Source: a virus (lineage: Duplodnaviria > Heunggongvirae > Uroviricota > Caudoviricetes). Taken from it: 61,635 nucleotides of DNA. Shown piece after piece: positions 17,525 to 27,349 of this stretch; the first letter of the stretch is position 1, and each line of letters opens with the position of its first letter. The stretch spans positions 64,001-125,635 of IMG/VR virus record IMGVR_UViG_3300033049_000033; one strand, given 5' to 3'. The translations under genes and the position numbers were made by a program. The notes under the pieces are model-generated. The model did not search any database. It was given only the letters and a program-made list of their open reading frames with translations, and was not told the origin of the DNA.

Positions 17525-18120
17525 TGATAAAAGAAGACAAGGTAACGCTGTATAATACATTCATGAAAGAACTCACCGAAGGGCGAGTTACAGCTAAAAG
17601 CAAATGGAAAGAGGGTAGCTATGGTGACATCTATAGTCATCTATTTGAGATGTTACCCACTGAGGATTTTAAACAAACATTAACATATACCTACGACATA
17701 AGTCGAGGTAATGATAAGTATTACGGAAAAGATGGTAAGGAGGGCTGGTTCTTCAGTTTCCACAAGAGTATTCGTCAATGTGATTTCTATGATAATATAT
17801 TCGCCACATGTGAGCAGAAGCTATTATCAGATGATGAAGCGTCTGAGTATAAATTTCTTCGTACTAAAGTATTTGATAAGACTATCGTGAAGAAGAGTGA
17901 GGTAGATGGAGAATTATGGACTGAGGAGTACAATAGATATAAGGAATTACTAGGTAAGGTACAGAGAGAAAAACAAGACTATGAGATTTCTGGTCGTATG
18001 GATTCTATTTTATGGAATATGATTCACATAGATGAAGGATTCTTGCATGGTATTATGGAAATGACCTTTGCCAAGTGGGACGTGATTAAGCAGAACGTTA
18101 AATTAAAACAGAAAGCATGA
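17524..18120 (+). CDS. hypothetical protein
   Basis: 198 aa, TAATG coupling. Confidence 0.75.
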   Translation: MIKEDKVTLYNTFMKELTEGRVTAKSKWKEGSYGDIYSHLFEMLPTEDFKQTLTYTYDISRGNDKYYGKDGKEGWFFSFHKSIRQCDFYDNIFATCEQKLLSDDEASEYKFLRTKVFDKTIVKKSEVDGELWTEEYNRYKELLGKVQREKQDYEISGRMDSILWNMIHIDEGFLHGIMEMTFAKWDVIKQNVKLKQKA

Positions 18121-18335
18121 TAAACGTACTAATAGGACTTTGTTTGATATGTGCCATGGCACATTTCTTAGGTTACCAAATTAAGTTTGGTCAAGGAGGA
18201 CTTGCTTGGGAGAATAGTAATAAGACCATACGATATATTATGTATACGTATGTTACTATGATTGCATTTGGTTATGTTGGGATGTTAGTATTATTGTTCT
18301 TAGGGTTAGATTGTATTATTTCTCAAATACTCTAA
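18117..18335 (+). CDS. two-TM membrane protein
   Basis: Two hydrophobic helices. Confidence 0.65.
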   Translation: MINVLIGLCLICAMAHFLGYQIKFGQGGLAWENSNKTIRYIMYTYVTMIAFGYVGMLVLLFLGLDCIISQIL

Positions 18336-18336
18336 A

Positions 18337-18603
18337 TTGAAAATGCGAAATAAATATCCAGAGCGTAAAGAGTCTGTAATTGTTATAATCTTTAATATCA
18401 TTAAGGGATTATTTTTGGTACCATTAAAGTGGACATTAATTTTATTTGGGGTGATATTGGCTGGTAAGGCCATATATAGTTTTGGAACGTGGGACTCCAC
18501 AATAATGGTCGAAGCATTATCCAATCTAAGTTGGTTGAGGTGGACGTTCATCGCCTTTTTTGGATTTAATATTTACCTATACATAAGCGAATTAATACCA
18601 TGA
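18337..18603 (+). CDS. membrane protein
   Basis: Hydrophobic segments. Confidence 0.65.
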   Translation: MKMRNKYPERKESVIVIIFNIIKGLFLVPLKWTLILFGVILAGKAIYSFGTWDSTIMVEALSNLSWLRWTFIAFFGFNIYLYISELIP

Positions 18604-19019
18604 AAGTAAGAGTAGATGCAATAACCACATACAAAGACGGTGGAACGAAACAAATTGTACTTAGTGACGGACTCACGTACTATGTAGATAACCGTCTACT
18701 TTCTACAACTAAAGGTGAGGTGTACGCTTCGTACCCTAAAGGTGATTCAAATCTATCCCCAGTGACGGATAGGGAGAAAGAGATATTGATTGCGTGTTTG
18801 GAAGAGTACGGTAAAGAGAGTGCAATGTATGATGTTGGTGCTACGATTTATACTATCAGCGCCACCATGGTCAAACCAGAATCTTGGAGTTATACCGTTG
18901 TCAATGTACATACTGAGAATACAGTTGTAGGTTATACAATTATAACTGATAACGGAGACGAGCAGTATCTAACGGTACAAGAATTCACAGATTTTAAAAT
19001 CAGAAGAACAGAAGTATGA
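18600..19019 (+). CDS. hypothetical protein
   Basis: 139 aa, ATGA coupling. Confidence 0.7.
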   Translation: MKVRVDAITTYKDGGTKQIVLSDGLTYYVDNRLLSTTKGEVYASYPKGDSNLSPVTDREKEILIACLEEYGKESAMYDVGATIYTISATMVKPESWSYTVVNVHTENTVVGYTIITDNGDEQYLTVQEFTDFKIRRTEV

Positions 19020-19534
19020 TAAAGTATAATTTATTTGCAAATAATAGCAAAACAAAATACGCTTGTATTCGCAGGGCAAATAAAGCTGGACAATACATCA
19101 CATTATTTGATTATTTTCCAAGTGATTACGCATCAGAATTTAGACATTCATTTGATGTTATCAGACTCACTGAATTGTCCATAGATAGTGGTGGTATCTT
19201 AACATTAGAGGGCAAACGACAAACTAAAGTATCATGTTTTAAGTACGGTAGTGATGGTTATACCAAACTGGAATATTCCATTGCCGAAGTCGCGGAAAAA
19301 CAAGGAATTAGTGTTGAGGAATTAATGAACTTAAATAATACCACAGAAAGGACAATATGGGACAAGAGGTGGTATTGGTTTAACAAGGATACTGGTAGAA
19401 AGGAGACGATATTTGCATACTGGACAGTATTTAATGGTAAGGAAACTCCTATTACCGAAGTATTCTCAAACTTCACTTTAAGTGATGAGTATGAGATTTT
19501 ATCTTGGGGTGAAGAGGTTATCCTTAAGGGGTAA
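19016..19534 (+). CDS. hypothetical protein
   Basis: 172 aa, ATGA coupling. Confidence 0.7.
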   Translation: MIKYNLFANNSKTKYACIRRANKAGQYITLFDYFPSDYASEFRHSFDVIRLTELSIDSGGILTLEGKRQTKVSCFKYGSDGYTKLEYSIAEVAEKQGISVEELMNLNNTTERTIWDKRWYWFNKDTGRKETIFAYWTVFNGKETPITEVFSNFTLSDEYEILSWGEEVILKG

Positions 19535-19997
19535 TACTATCTGTACCAATAACGTTCTGAGATGAGAATGTTGCTGGAATAACATCAAAAACAATGGTTG
19601 AATTTGGCGATGGTTGAGCCATCACCGAGGCAGGTCTTTGGTAATTACCATTAACTCTATCACCCAAAGTGTTTGTACGTTCCATTACCAGCATAATACT
19701 CAAGTCTTGGTCGATATTCTTATCAGTATTAGGTTTTACCTCTTCCCTTTTAAGTTCCTTAAGAGCAGTTAGGATTTCTTTCTTGTCTTTAGCGATTAGC
19801 TCTATGAGAGCTTTGTCAGCCTCCTTACGCCCGTCTTCAGCTTTCCAGTATAGACCATAGGCAAACATTAGAATAGATATAGTCCCACCTATTAATGCAC
19901 CAATAGCATACTTCATTAGTTTAGTACTGATGGTCATACTACCTTTATCAGCGACAAGGTTTTCAGCTACGTTTAGGGGTTGATTTTGTTCTGACAT
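19524..19997 (-). CDS. membrane protein with coiled coil
   Basis: One TM (AIGALIGGTISILMFAYGLYW) then a helical segment; co-transcribed with 20000-20440. Confidence 0.65.
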   Translation of the reverse strand: MSEQNQPLNVAENLVADKGSMTISTKLMKYAIGALIGGTISILMFAYGLYWKAEDGRKEADKALIELIAKDKKEILTALKELKREEVKPNTDKNIDQDLSIMLVMERTNTLGDRVNGNYQRPASVMAQPSPNSTIVFDVIPATFSSQNVIGTDSITP

Positions 19998-19999
19998 AA

Positions 20000-20440
20000 T
20001 TAATATTTTATTGAACGAGTGTAAGGTGTGGCGTTATCATAACTAACGGAGAACTGATTATATGGACTATAAGACCAAAACCAAGCCACTGGAGAGCCTC
20101 TTTCATGGTCACATGATATGTAGGGTACATTTATGGTTACAAGGTTGTAAACGGCTCCATATTGATTAAGTTCACTCATTGTGGCATTAAAATTACGAAT
20201 GTAAGTTATAGCTTTATCATTATTATACCCATCTTCTTTGGTTCTATAGAATGAATTTGAGTGAGTGAAGACATGATAATAATAGATGTTACCTTCTTGT
20301 ACTCTTGTTATTTGCCAGAAGAAGGAACCCCACTCACCTTCGTTTTCAATTTGCCAATTGGTATGTTCAACTGGTTGTGATTGACCAATACAAATAAAGC
20401 TGGAAAATAATAGTCCTAATATTAATAATATTCGTTTCAT
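20000..20440 (-). CDS. exported protein
   Basis: Signal peptide MKRILLILGLLFSSFICIG; late motif at 20455-20462. Confidence 0.7.
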   Translation of the reverse strand: MKRILLILGLLFSSFICIGQSQPVEHTNWQIENEGEWGSFFWQITRVQEGNIYYYHVFTHSNSFYRTKEDGYNNDKAITYIRNFNATMSELNQYGAVYNLVTINVPYISCDHERGSPVAWFWSYSPYNQFSVSYDNATPYTRSIKY

Positions 20441-20497
20441 AATAATCTTTTTCTATAAATATTTGCATAAGTCAAAAAAATTCACTATCTTTGTACA

Positions 20498-20713
20498 ATG
20501 GATATAGGAAGAGGTATAGAAGGGCTATTTAAGAATTTGATAGCGATGGCTTTAATTGGTATTATTAGTACATTAGGTTTAGGTATTTACACAATTGTAG
20601 ATTTCTTTTCTGATGATGTGTATACTACAAAGGAACTAATAATACCAAATATTGAAATAGTCACCACTGATGGCGTATCAGATACGACATACACATATAC
20701 ATTTAAAGATTAA
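20498..20713 (+). CDS. membrane-anchored small protein
   Basis: N-terminal TM; promoter at 20462. Confidence 0.65.
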   Translation: MDIGRGIEGLFKNLIAMALIGIISTLGLGIYTIVDFFSDDVYTTKELIIPNIEIVTTDGVSDTTYTYTFKD

Positions 20714-20715
20714 TT

Positions 20716-21099
20716 ATGCCGACAGCATTAACTAAAGACCTACTTAGAGAATCTACTGAGAAGTATGATGACAGAAATATATATGTCACTCTAACCGCAG
20801 ACCAGAAAATAAAGATGAAGCTAAAGGGTATGAAATCTGGAGAGGTTTCTACCAGTATTAGAAGCTTGTATCTTGAATTGTGTGGTTGTGAGGACGAAGA
20901 AGGTACTGCACCTGTTAAAGAGGTTAAGTCCGTTAGTTATACTCGAAAAGAGTCTGGTAAATACGTTCAACCAGACCCAAGGATAGCTAAGGTCATACTA
21001 CAAGATTTGAGAAGTCAAAATGCCATTTCTGGATTAGACATAGAAACATTGGCCAAGTTTGACCAAATTATCGTTAATTTATTACAATCATACAAATGA
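20716..21099 (+). CDS. hypothetical protein
   Basis: 127 aa. Confidence 0.7.
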   Translation: MPTALTKDLLRESTEKYDDRNIYVTLTADQKIKMKLKGMKSGEVSTSIRSLYLELCGCEDEEGTAPVKEVKSVSYTRKESGKYVQPDPRIAKVILQDLRSQNAISGLDIETLAKFDQIIVNLLQSYK

Positions 21100-21389
21100 A
21101 ATACCGACCATTACCAGAAAATGTAACGATTAAGAACTCTACAATTGGAGGGTTAGGATTGTTTGCAACCGAAGACATCAGAGAGGGAGTCGAAATAGGG
21201 CTAACCCATATCCCAGAGGAACATGCTCCAAATGGATTTATTAGAACACCTTTAGGTGGATTCTATAATCATTCTGAAGACCCTAACTGTATTAGTACCA
21301 TATTTGCTGGGTTTAGGTTTTTGAGCACTATTAAAGACATAAAAGCTGGGGATGAACTTACTAGTTTTTACACTTTGTACGAGATTTAG
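21096..21389 (+). CDS. SET-domain protein (putative lysine methyltransferase)
   Basis: GLGLFA, NHSEDPNC and GDELTSFY are the three SET signature motifs. Confidence 0.85.
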   Translation: MKYRPLPENVTIKNSTIGGLGLFATEDIREGVEIGLTHIPEEHAPNGFIRTPLGGFYNHSEDPNCISTIFAGFRFLSTIKDIKAGDELTSFYTLYEI

Positions 21390-21524
21390 CGATTTATTCA
21401 AGTCACAAACACATTCTAATTCACCACAAAAGTCACACCTCCACGGTTGGTCAAACTGACAGACACACTTTCTTTCGGTACATATTTTGCACCAATCATA
21501 TTCATCTGGTTCAGAGCTATTCAT
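21252..21524 (-). CDS. Cys-rich small protein
   Basis: Two CxxCx4CxC units; its 3' part overlaps the SET gene antisense. Confidence 0.45.
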   Translation of the reverse strand: MNSSEPDEYDWCKICTERKCVCQFDQPWRCDFCGELECVCDLNKSLNLVQSVKTSKFIPSFYVFNSAQKPKPSKYGTNTVRVFRMIIEST

Positions 21525-21545
21525 ATAACGTTAGGTTAAACTAAA

Positions 21546-21568
21546 AAGAGACCCGATTAGGGGTCTCT
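21546..21568. terminator. hairpin terminator candidate
   Basis: AAGAGACCC-GATTA-GGGTCTCTT; on the minus strand followed by T run. Confidence 0.6.
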
Positions 21569-21632
21569 TAGTTGTGCCATACCCTAAAGGGAATGGTCTA
21601 ATTCCGCATCAAATTTTATTGATGGTGTCATA

Positions 21633-22124
21633 TTAATTTAAAGCTGTATTTCCACTCATTATCATTGTGTTATCCATTGAAGGGTTATACGTCATTGGCA
21701 CTTCGGTACCACTCATTGTTGCTGGCTCACAAATACACCCATTTTCACATCCATCATTGATACAATTAGCACACATACAAGGATTCGAATTACAGGCTCC
21801 ACAGCTAAGTAAACCACTATCTGTAGTACATACACAAGGGTTCATTTTACAGGTAATACATTGGTCGCTATAATCTTCGTAGACTGGTCTAGGTGTTACG
21901 GTAAATAATTTTCCTAGGTCGATACTCTGTAGGTTAAGGTTAATTTCAAACCCACCACCCATTTGCTCTTGAATTATTTCATATGCTTTGATTTCTGCCA
22001 TCAATGCCAACGCATTGCCAAACACATCTTTTTGGTCTTCGGGCATTGATTCAAAGAAGCCACCAGCCCCCAATAAAATCTTACCATATTCATCTAATTG
22101 TTGTTTCTTTTGTTCAATATCCAT
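21633..22124 (-). CDS. protein with Cys-rich CxxCx4CxC repeats
   Basis: CITCKMNPCVC, CGACNSNPCMC, CINDGCENGCIC. Confidence 0.7.
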   Translation of the reverse strand: MDIEQKKQQLDEYGKILLGAGGFFESMPEDQKDVFGNALALMAEIKAYEIIQEQMGGGFEINLNLQSIDLGKLFTVTPRPVYEDYSDQCITCKMNPCVCTTDSGLLSCGACNSNPCMCANCINDGCENGCICEPATMSGTEVPMTYNPSMDNTMIMSGNTALN

Positions 22125-22188
22125 TTTTGCTTTTAATTTGGTACTTTATAATGGGAGACTCCCGTAGATAAATAGAAACTGCGACACT

Positions 22189-22647
22189 CTAAATCTCTCT
22201 TACGATGAAGTTTTCTCTATATTTTTCTCGTGGTAGTAAAAAACCTCTGGTATTACTTCCCATGTCGCCACTAAATTGGGTTATAGGGATATTATCTTCC
22301 TCTTCTTTGAGTAAAATTCTGAGGTCTTCAACACTGATGTACCATGCCTCCTTTAGGAACTTATAATACATAACAAACCACTTAGCTTCAGTAACATATA
22401 TCCCAGATGCGTAGCCCCTACATTCGAATTCAATAAACATATTTCCAGTATCATATGTTGGCTTGCAATAGACATCAGTCTTAACTTCGTATTTAATTTG
22501 TTCTCCAGCTTTTTCCATCAGTAGGTCGTATCGATAATCCTTATTGGTATCAATGAGCTTGGCACCCATTTGTATTAGGTCATCTTTGATGACAATTTCT
22601 CCTTGTTCCCCCACAAGTATATCTTGTTTAAAATCGTAATTAGCCAT
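22189..22647 (-). CDS. PD-(D/E)xK nuclease-fold protein
   Basis: GEQGE...YDLL...YEVKTD. Confidence 0.65.
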   Translation of the reverse strand: MANYDFKQDILVGEQGEIVIKDDLIQMGAKLIDTNKDYRYDLLMEKAGEQIKYEVKTDVYCKPTYDTGNMFIEFECRGYASGIYVTEAKWFVMYYKFLKEAWYISVEDLRILLKEEEDNIPITQFSGDMGSNTRGFLLPREKYRENFIVREI

Positions 22648-22696
22648 GTTTTAAGTATAGGCAAAATTATTTGGATTGTCAAGCATATTTATTAAT

Positions 22697-23116
22697 ATGA
22701 AAAGGATTAAACTTACTGAAGGTCAAGTAGCTATGTTACGGCTAAATGAAGGTAGAATAGATATTGAAAAGACCATTGAGCCAGAGGTTAATGAGATTAA
22801 CGTAACGTTAATGGATATCGCTAAAAGATTGAAGACTATGACAGCTCCGAGAGCGATTAGTAACCCATCTATATTGGCAGACATGGTTAATACCTTAGAA
22901 CCTTTGGATGATAAAATCTATAATTTATCCAATAAGGTTGACCAATACAATGAAGACCCACAATACAGTAATGTTGATAAGTACATAGTTAACACTCTTA
23001 ACGGTTTGGAATTGAAGCGTAGAGAGTTAGCTAGAATTGCAGGCGCATTAGCTAAATTAGGTGCCGACTCCAATCTGAATGGGAAGCCAGAGGTTTTTGA
23101 CAAACTGTTCAAATAA
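22697..23116 (+). CDS. late hypothetical protein (possible head-packaged)
   Basis: ATATTTAT motif at 22685-22692; LTEG and LNEG motifs. Confidence 0.65.
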   Translation: MKRIKLTEGQVAMLRLNEGRIDIEKTIEPEVNEINVTLMDIAKRLKTMTAPRAISNPSILADMVNTLEPLDDKIYNLSNKVDQYNEDPQYSNVDKYIVNTLNGLELKRRELARIAGALAKLGADSNLNGKPEVFDKLFK

Positions 23117-23153
23117 TTTGCATTTATAAATAATATTTTGTATCTTTGTAGTT

Positions 23154-23720
23154 ATGAGATACCTTTTATTATTATTCGTAGGGTTCACTTCTTGCAATAT
23201 GCTATATGAAGATGAAGACCCCCAACCACCAATCACCCAAATAGAAGTACCTGAATGGGATACTGAAGAATTTATCCGTGGCCGATGGCTACTAATAAAT
23301 GGTCAGTTTTATGTTAATAATCACGTATCCGATAATACGGAAATTTATAACCACTTTGAGGGTGGTGATACTAGTAGCCTGAATATTGACGGAACAGCTT
23401 ACGATTTCGAAGAAATAATAAGGAATACTACTACTTGGACGTTTTATCCAGAAAATAGACCCATAGACCAGTTTTGGTTAAATAACGATTCAATAATGCC
23501 GTTATGGTTGACCAGCTTTGGCGATACAGTGTTTAATGTAAATGAATATCCTGTGCCGATTAACGTACAGCAAATCGGTGGGAGTACCAGACCAATCATT
23601 ATAATCAGTCATGAATATGATATGATGCGAATAATAGTACAAGAAGCCGAGGTTAACCACCAAGGATGGAATATAAAATATTGGTCAGAATTGACGTTTA
23701 GGAAAGTGGCGTCTTGGTAG
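23154..23720 (+). CDS. lipoprotein (lipocalin-like beta fold possible)
   Basis: VGFTS-C lipobox followed by acidic YEDED; GRWLLING; promoter at 23117. Confidence 0.7.
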   Translation: MRYLLLLFVGFTSCNMLYEDEDPQPPITQIEVPEWDTEEFIRGRWLLINGQFYVNNHVSDNTEIYNHFEGGDTSSLNIDGTAYDFEEIIRNTTTWTFYPENRPIDQFWLNNDSIMPLWLTSFGDTVFNVNEYPVPINVQQIGGSTRPIIIISHEYDMMRIIVQEAEVNHQGWNIKYWSELTFRKVASW

Positions 23721-23984
23721 ATTCTTCTTTGGTCTATTGTTTGTGAGATAGTCATTCATAGCTAATTCTATGACTGCATCAGTAACAGGAAACAATTCCT
23801 TTAGCGATTCAAATATAAGTGCTCGTAATTGACTACGTGTATGACTTCTCACGTATCTAATAGTACTAGCGTCAAAGATTATTCCTCTCTGAAATTTATT
23901 CGTATTAGTGTCTTTAATTCTGGCTATTTTATACCCAGACCTCATGAACTCGCTTATTAGTCCAGCTTTTTTATCGTCTTCCAT
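23685..23984 (-). CDS. hypothetical protein
   Basis: 99 aa, late motif at 23989-23996. Confidence 0.6.
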   Translation of the reverse strand: MEDDKKAGLISEFMRSGYKIARIKDTNTNKFQRGIIFDASTIRYVRSHTRSQLRALIFESLKELFPVTDAVIELAMNDYLTNNRPKKNLPRRHFPKRQF

Positions 23985-24030
23985 AATTATAAATATTGAT
24001 TTTGTGGAATAAAAATCGTATCTTTGTACT

Positions 24031-24396
24031 ATGCCTAACGAGAAACTTCATATGGACTTCATGGTTATTATGAGTGAGATGAGTGTAATGTACTACGTTC
24101 ACTATATTACTAGAAAACTATATAGTTTTGAGAGTCATTGTTTAAAAGTAACCAATGCGATGGAAGACCCGATTAAATACAAATCGGAGGTTAATAGTAC
24201 CAGTTATCAAAACTTGATATTATTCCTCATGATGGAATTGGAGACTCAATATGGACTTGTTGGGGGTAGAGCTACAAAAATTATAGTAGATTTCTATACT
24301 AACAGATTCTGGGTAGGTATTTATAATGCACAGATTAAGGTTAATAAAAGCCTTTTTCCTGATGGATATTACAAAAAGTTAAAAAAAGGAATATAA
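24031..24396 (+). CDS. hypothetical protein
   Basis: 121 aa, promoter upstream. Confidence 0.6.
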   Translation: MPNEKLHMDFMVIMSEMSVMYYVHYITRKLYSFESHCLKVTNAMEDPIKYKSEVNSTSYQNLILFLMMELETQYGLVGGRATKIIVDFYTNRFWVGIYNAQIKVNKSLFPDGYYKKLKKGI

Positions 24397-24698
24397 TGGA
24401 AGTTACAGATGCAAATATTGACGCCACAATTAAGGAAGGTGTTGTGTTATTAGATTTTTGGGCAGAGTGGTGCGGACCTTGTCGAACACTAACCCCTATA
24501 ATTGATGGGTTAGTAACGGATAACCCAGACATTAAGATTGGTAAAGTTAACGTTGATAGCAATGGTGTGGCAGCACGTAAGTACGGAGTAAGAGGGATAC
24601 CTATGTTGGTTTTTCTTAAAGATGGTGAAGTGGTTGATACTTCCGTAGGAGTTTTATCGAAAGCTCAAATTCAAGCTAAATTAGACGTACTTAAGTAA
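24396..24698 (+). CDS. trxA: thioredoxin
   Basis: DFWAEWCGPC active site; GIPMLVFLKDG cis-Pro motif. Confidence 0.95.
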   Translation: MEVTDANIDATIKEGVVLLDFWAEWCGPCRTLTPIIDGLVTDNPDIKIGKVNVDSNGVAARKYGVRGIPMLVFLKDGEVVDTSVGVLSKAQIQAKLDVLK

Positions 24699-24719
24699 GG
24701 TTGCCCCATATTTATTGAT

Positions 24720-25064
24720 ATGGGAAAAAGAATTATCATACGTGAGGGACAACTGAAAACTCTGGTGGGGCACATCAAAGAAAACAGTGACCACACAACT
24801 ATGGTCAAAAATATTCAAGATGATTTAGATAAAAATTACTCTCCAGAAGTAATGACACAAAGACAAGGAGGAGAATATTTTGAGAAGCCATCGTTTGTTA
24901 TTAAGGCTGACGGTTCCATGACCACAGGTAAAAATCTATTGCGATATTTATCTATGAAGTATGGAGATATGGTAGGAGACATATTTATCAAGCAAGTTAT
25001 ACGAGATTGGGCAGACGATTCAATCAGAGATGGTTATCTTAGCAAAAACGTTTCAATGAGCTAA
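24720..25064 (+). CDS. late hypothetical protein
   Basis: ATATTTAT at 24708-24715; IREG and IKEN motifs. Confidence 0.7.
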   Translation: MGKRIIIREGQLKTLVGHIKENSDHTTMVKNIQDDLDKNYSPEVMTQRQGGEYFEKPSFVIKADGSMTTGKNLLRYLSMKYGDMVGDIFIKQVIRDWADDSIRDGYLSKNVSMS

Positions 25065-25065
25065 A

Positions 25066-25380
25066 ATGAAAACGAAGATACGACATATGTTGCGAGAACA
25101 ATATGGAGAGTTCGACACATATCTTGAGCTTGTCTACGAAAAGCAATTATTAGAAAACGTATCAACAAAACATCGCAAAAAGGTTAGAGCATGGCTCACC
25201 TACAATCAAGTTATTTTAGAATTAAAGCATAACATCAAAGATTCACTCAAATTACGAGAATTACAGTACCGACTTACTGATAATGAGAATCCTAATAAGG
25301 TATGTTTGGAAGTTTTGAGCGAGTTGAAAGAATCGCATCCAGAAATTGAGAGGCTTTATTATAAAATAATGAACTTTTAA
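25066..25380 (+). CDS. hypothetical protein (paralog of next gene)
   Basis: YRLTDNENPNKV. Confidence 0.7.
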   Translation: MKTKIRHMLREQYGEFDTYLELVYEKQLLENVSTKHRKKVRAWLTYNQVILELKHNIKDSLKLRELQYRLTDNENPNKVCLEVLSELKESHPEIERLYYKIMNF

Positions 25381-25445
25381 CTGACGTTCCAGTGTGTAGA
25401 ATGATATTTATAATTGAATAACATTTTATTAAAAAAACGTGAGAT

Positions 25446-25787
25446 ATGAGCTTAAACGACTTCATAATTAACAACGGCTACACTGAAAAAAGCTACTTAA
25501 ATTACGCTTACAGGAGCCTACTCATGAACACCGTCACAACATTAGACGACAAAACCTTCGAAAGATGGGAAACATATCACATGATTATTGATGAACTTGA
25601 TAAGCAAGGATACGGAAAGGCGTTCAAAGAGATAAAGTATAGACTAACCGATGAGTTAGCTGATGAAAATCCTAACGATGTATTTATTGATGTTTTAAGT
25701 AGATTTGAATTAACTCCACTATTAGTCTTCTTACAACGAAGAATCGATATGTATATTGACGATGAGTTAATGAGTCGATTCCTGTAA
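25446..25787 (+). CDS. hypothetical protein (paralog of previous gene)
   Basis: YRLTDELADENPNDV. Confidence 0.7.
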   Translation: MSLNDFIINNGYTEKSYLNYAYRSLLMNTVTTLDDKTFERWETYHMIIDELDKQGYGKAFKEIKYRLTDELADENPNDVFIDVLSRFELTPLLVFLQRRIDMYIDDELMSRFL

Positions 25788-25823
25788 GTTGTAAAAGTCA
25801 AATAAATTCGATATCTTTGTATT

Positions 25824-27239
25824 ATGGCTAAGATTGATAAGCGTATTTCGTTTCTCGCTCAGAAGTTTAACGTCTTTGATATCGAAGATGTTGAGGATAA
25901 TGAGGAAGAGTTTACAAAAGCTGGATATAGCGATATTGAGGTGGTGGCAGACCCCCTTACTGAAGATACCATTGCGTTGTTATCGGAGAAGTACCGTAAT
26001 GAGAAGTCGACCAAGAAACTACGTAAGATAGCTGTTGAAATAACCATCTTTGGTAGAATGATTTCTGCCGACCCCACGAACAATAAGCAGTTCGTCCAAT
26101 GGATGTTAACTGTATTCACTAACTTCCTTAAAGACCGAGACATTAGTGAGGCCATCAGGTTTGCCTGTGAAGACCTCCCTAGGGCTAAAGAGTATTTAGA
26201 GGTTTTCGAAGCCAATAAACGTAAGGCCAGCTTTAAGAGGTTCTGTGATAAGAACTTCAGTTTAAGACATATCGATGACTGTACTAATATTGACCAATAT
26301 CACAGCCTTTCAGAGCTATTTGATGCAGTTGACCCATTCATTGAGAAGGATGTATCTGGCCTGAAAAGAGACCTTATGCGTTTCGTTAATAATGGTGATG
26401 CAGAGATTACGTTCAAAGACCGACATTTTATCGTTTACATTCCACTAACCAGAGACGCTTCAACCGTATTTAATAACTTTTCAAATTGGTGTACAAACTC
26501 TCCAGGAAATGGAATGTATAAGAGTTATACCGACAATCTAAGACCAGACAAGAGCAAATCTAAGTTATACGTGATTATTCCGACTGACTATTTTACAGGA
26601 GAAACTGAGGAAATATATCAGCTTCATTTTGAAAGTAACCAATTCATGGATAGAAAAGACCGTAGAGCTAACATTGTAGAACTATTTGACATTAGTGAGG
26701 AGCTATCTGAATACTTCGAAGATGAATTATTTGACATATTGGGTCAGTGTAATTCTATTATCGATAGGAACTATAAGAATTGGTTATTCCAGTTCAATCT
26801 TGGGTATGTTATGTTCTCTTTTATGGACGATAAAATGCTTAATCTCAGGTTCAAGAATGATATGCTTGGTAAAATACCAGATACTATCAGTAGATTCACA
26901 AACTTAAAACACTTAGTTGTGACCAAATGTAGGGTTAAATCAATTGATGAGAATATTGGTGACCTAACCAACCTAACTGTTTTAGGTTTAAATGACAATA
27001 AACTGACCAGATTACCTATAAATCTATGTAAGTTGAAGAGTCTCAAGTTTTTAAGCTTAACTGATAATCCCATTAAGGATATAGATAAGAGCATATCAAA
27101 TTTAGACATATCAAATGGAGGGTCGTTAGAATGGGTGGTGGTATCAAAAAAATCTGTCGCTGACAAATTATCTCGCTATTTACCTAATGCAGAGATAGAC
27201 GTAATCAGCAGAACAAAGCATAGCTACGAGAACCTATAA
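25824..27239 (+). CDS. leucine-rich-repeat fusion protein
   Basis: C-terminal LxxLxLxxNxLxxLP repeats (LTVLGLNDNKLTRLP, LKFLSLTDNPIKDI); N-terminal domain with ADPT.NK..QW and NWCT motifs. Confidence 0.8.
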   Translation: MAKIDKRISFLAQKFNVFDIEDVEDNEEEFTKAGYSDIEVVADPLTEDTIALLSEKYRNEKSTKKLRKIAVEITIFGRMISADPTNNKQFVQWMLTVFTNFLKDRDISEAIRFACEDLPRAKEYLEVFEANKRKASFKRFCDKNFSLRHIDDCTNIDQYHSLSELFDAVDPFIEKDVSGLKRDLMRFVNNGDAEITFKDRHFIVYIPLTRDASTVFNNFSNWCTNSPGNGMYKSYTDNLRPDKSKSKLYVIIPTDYFTGETEEIYQLHFESNQFMDRKDRRANIVELFDISEELSEYFEDELFDILGQCNSIIDRNYKNWLFQFNLGYVMFSFMDDKMLNLRFKNDMLGKIPDTISRFTNLKHLVVTKCRVKSIDENIGDLTNLTVLGLNDNKLTRLPINLCKLKSLKFLSLTDNPIKDIDKSISNLDISNGGSLEWVVVSKKSVADKLSRYLPNAEIDVISRTKHSYENL

Positions 27240-27349
27240 TGGGATTTCTTAGTGTATTTTATGGGATAATGGGAAATAAGGGAGACTTTTACCCTTTTCT
27301 GTCATATTTATTAAGTGAAAAATAATTTAAGCTTAAAAAATATTTTGAT

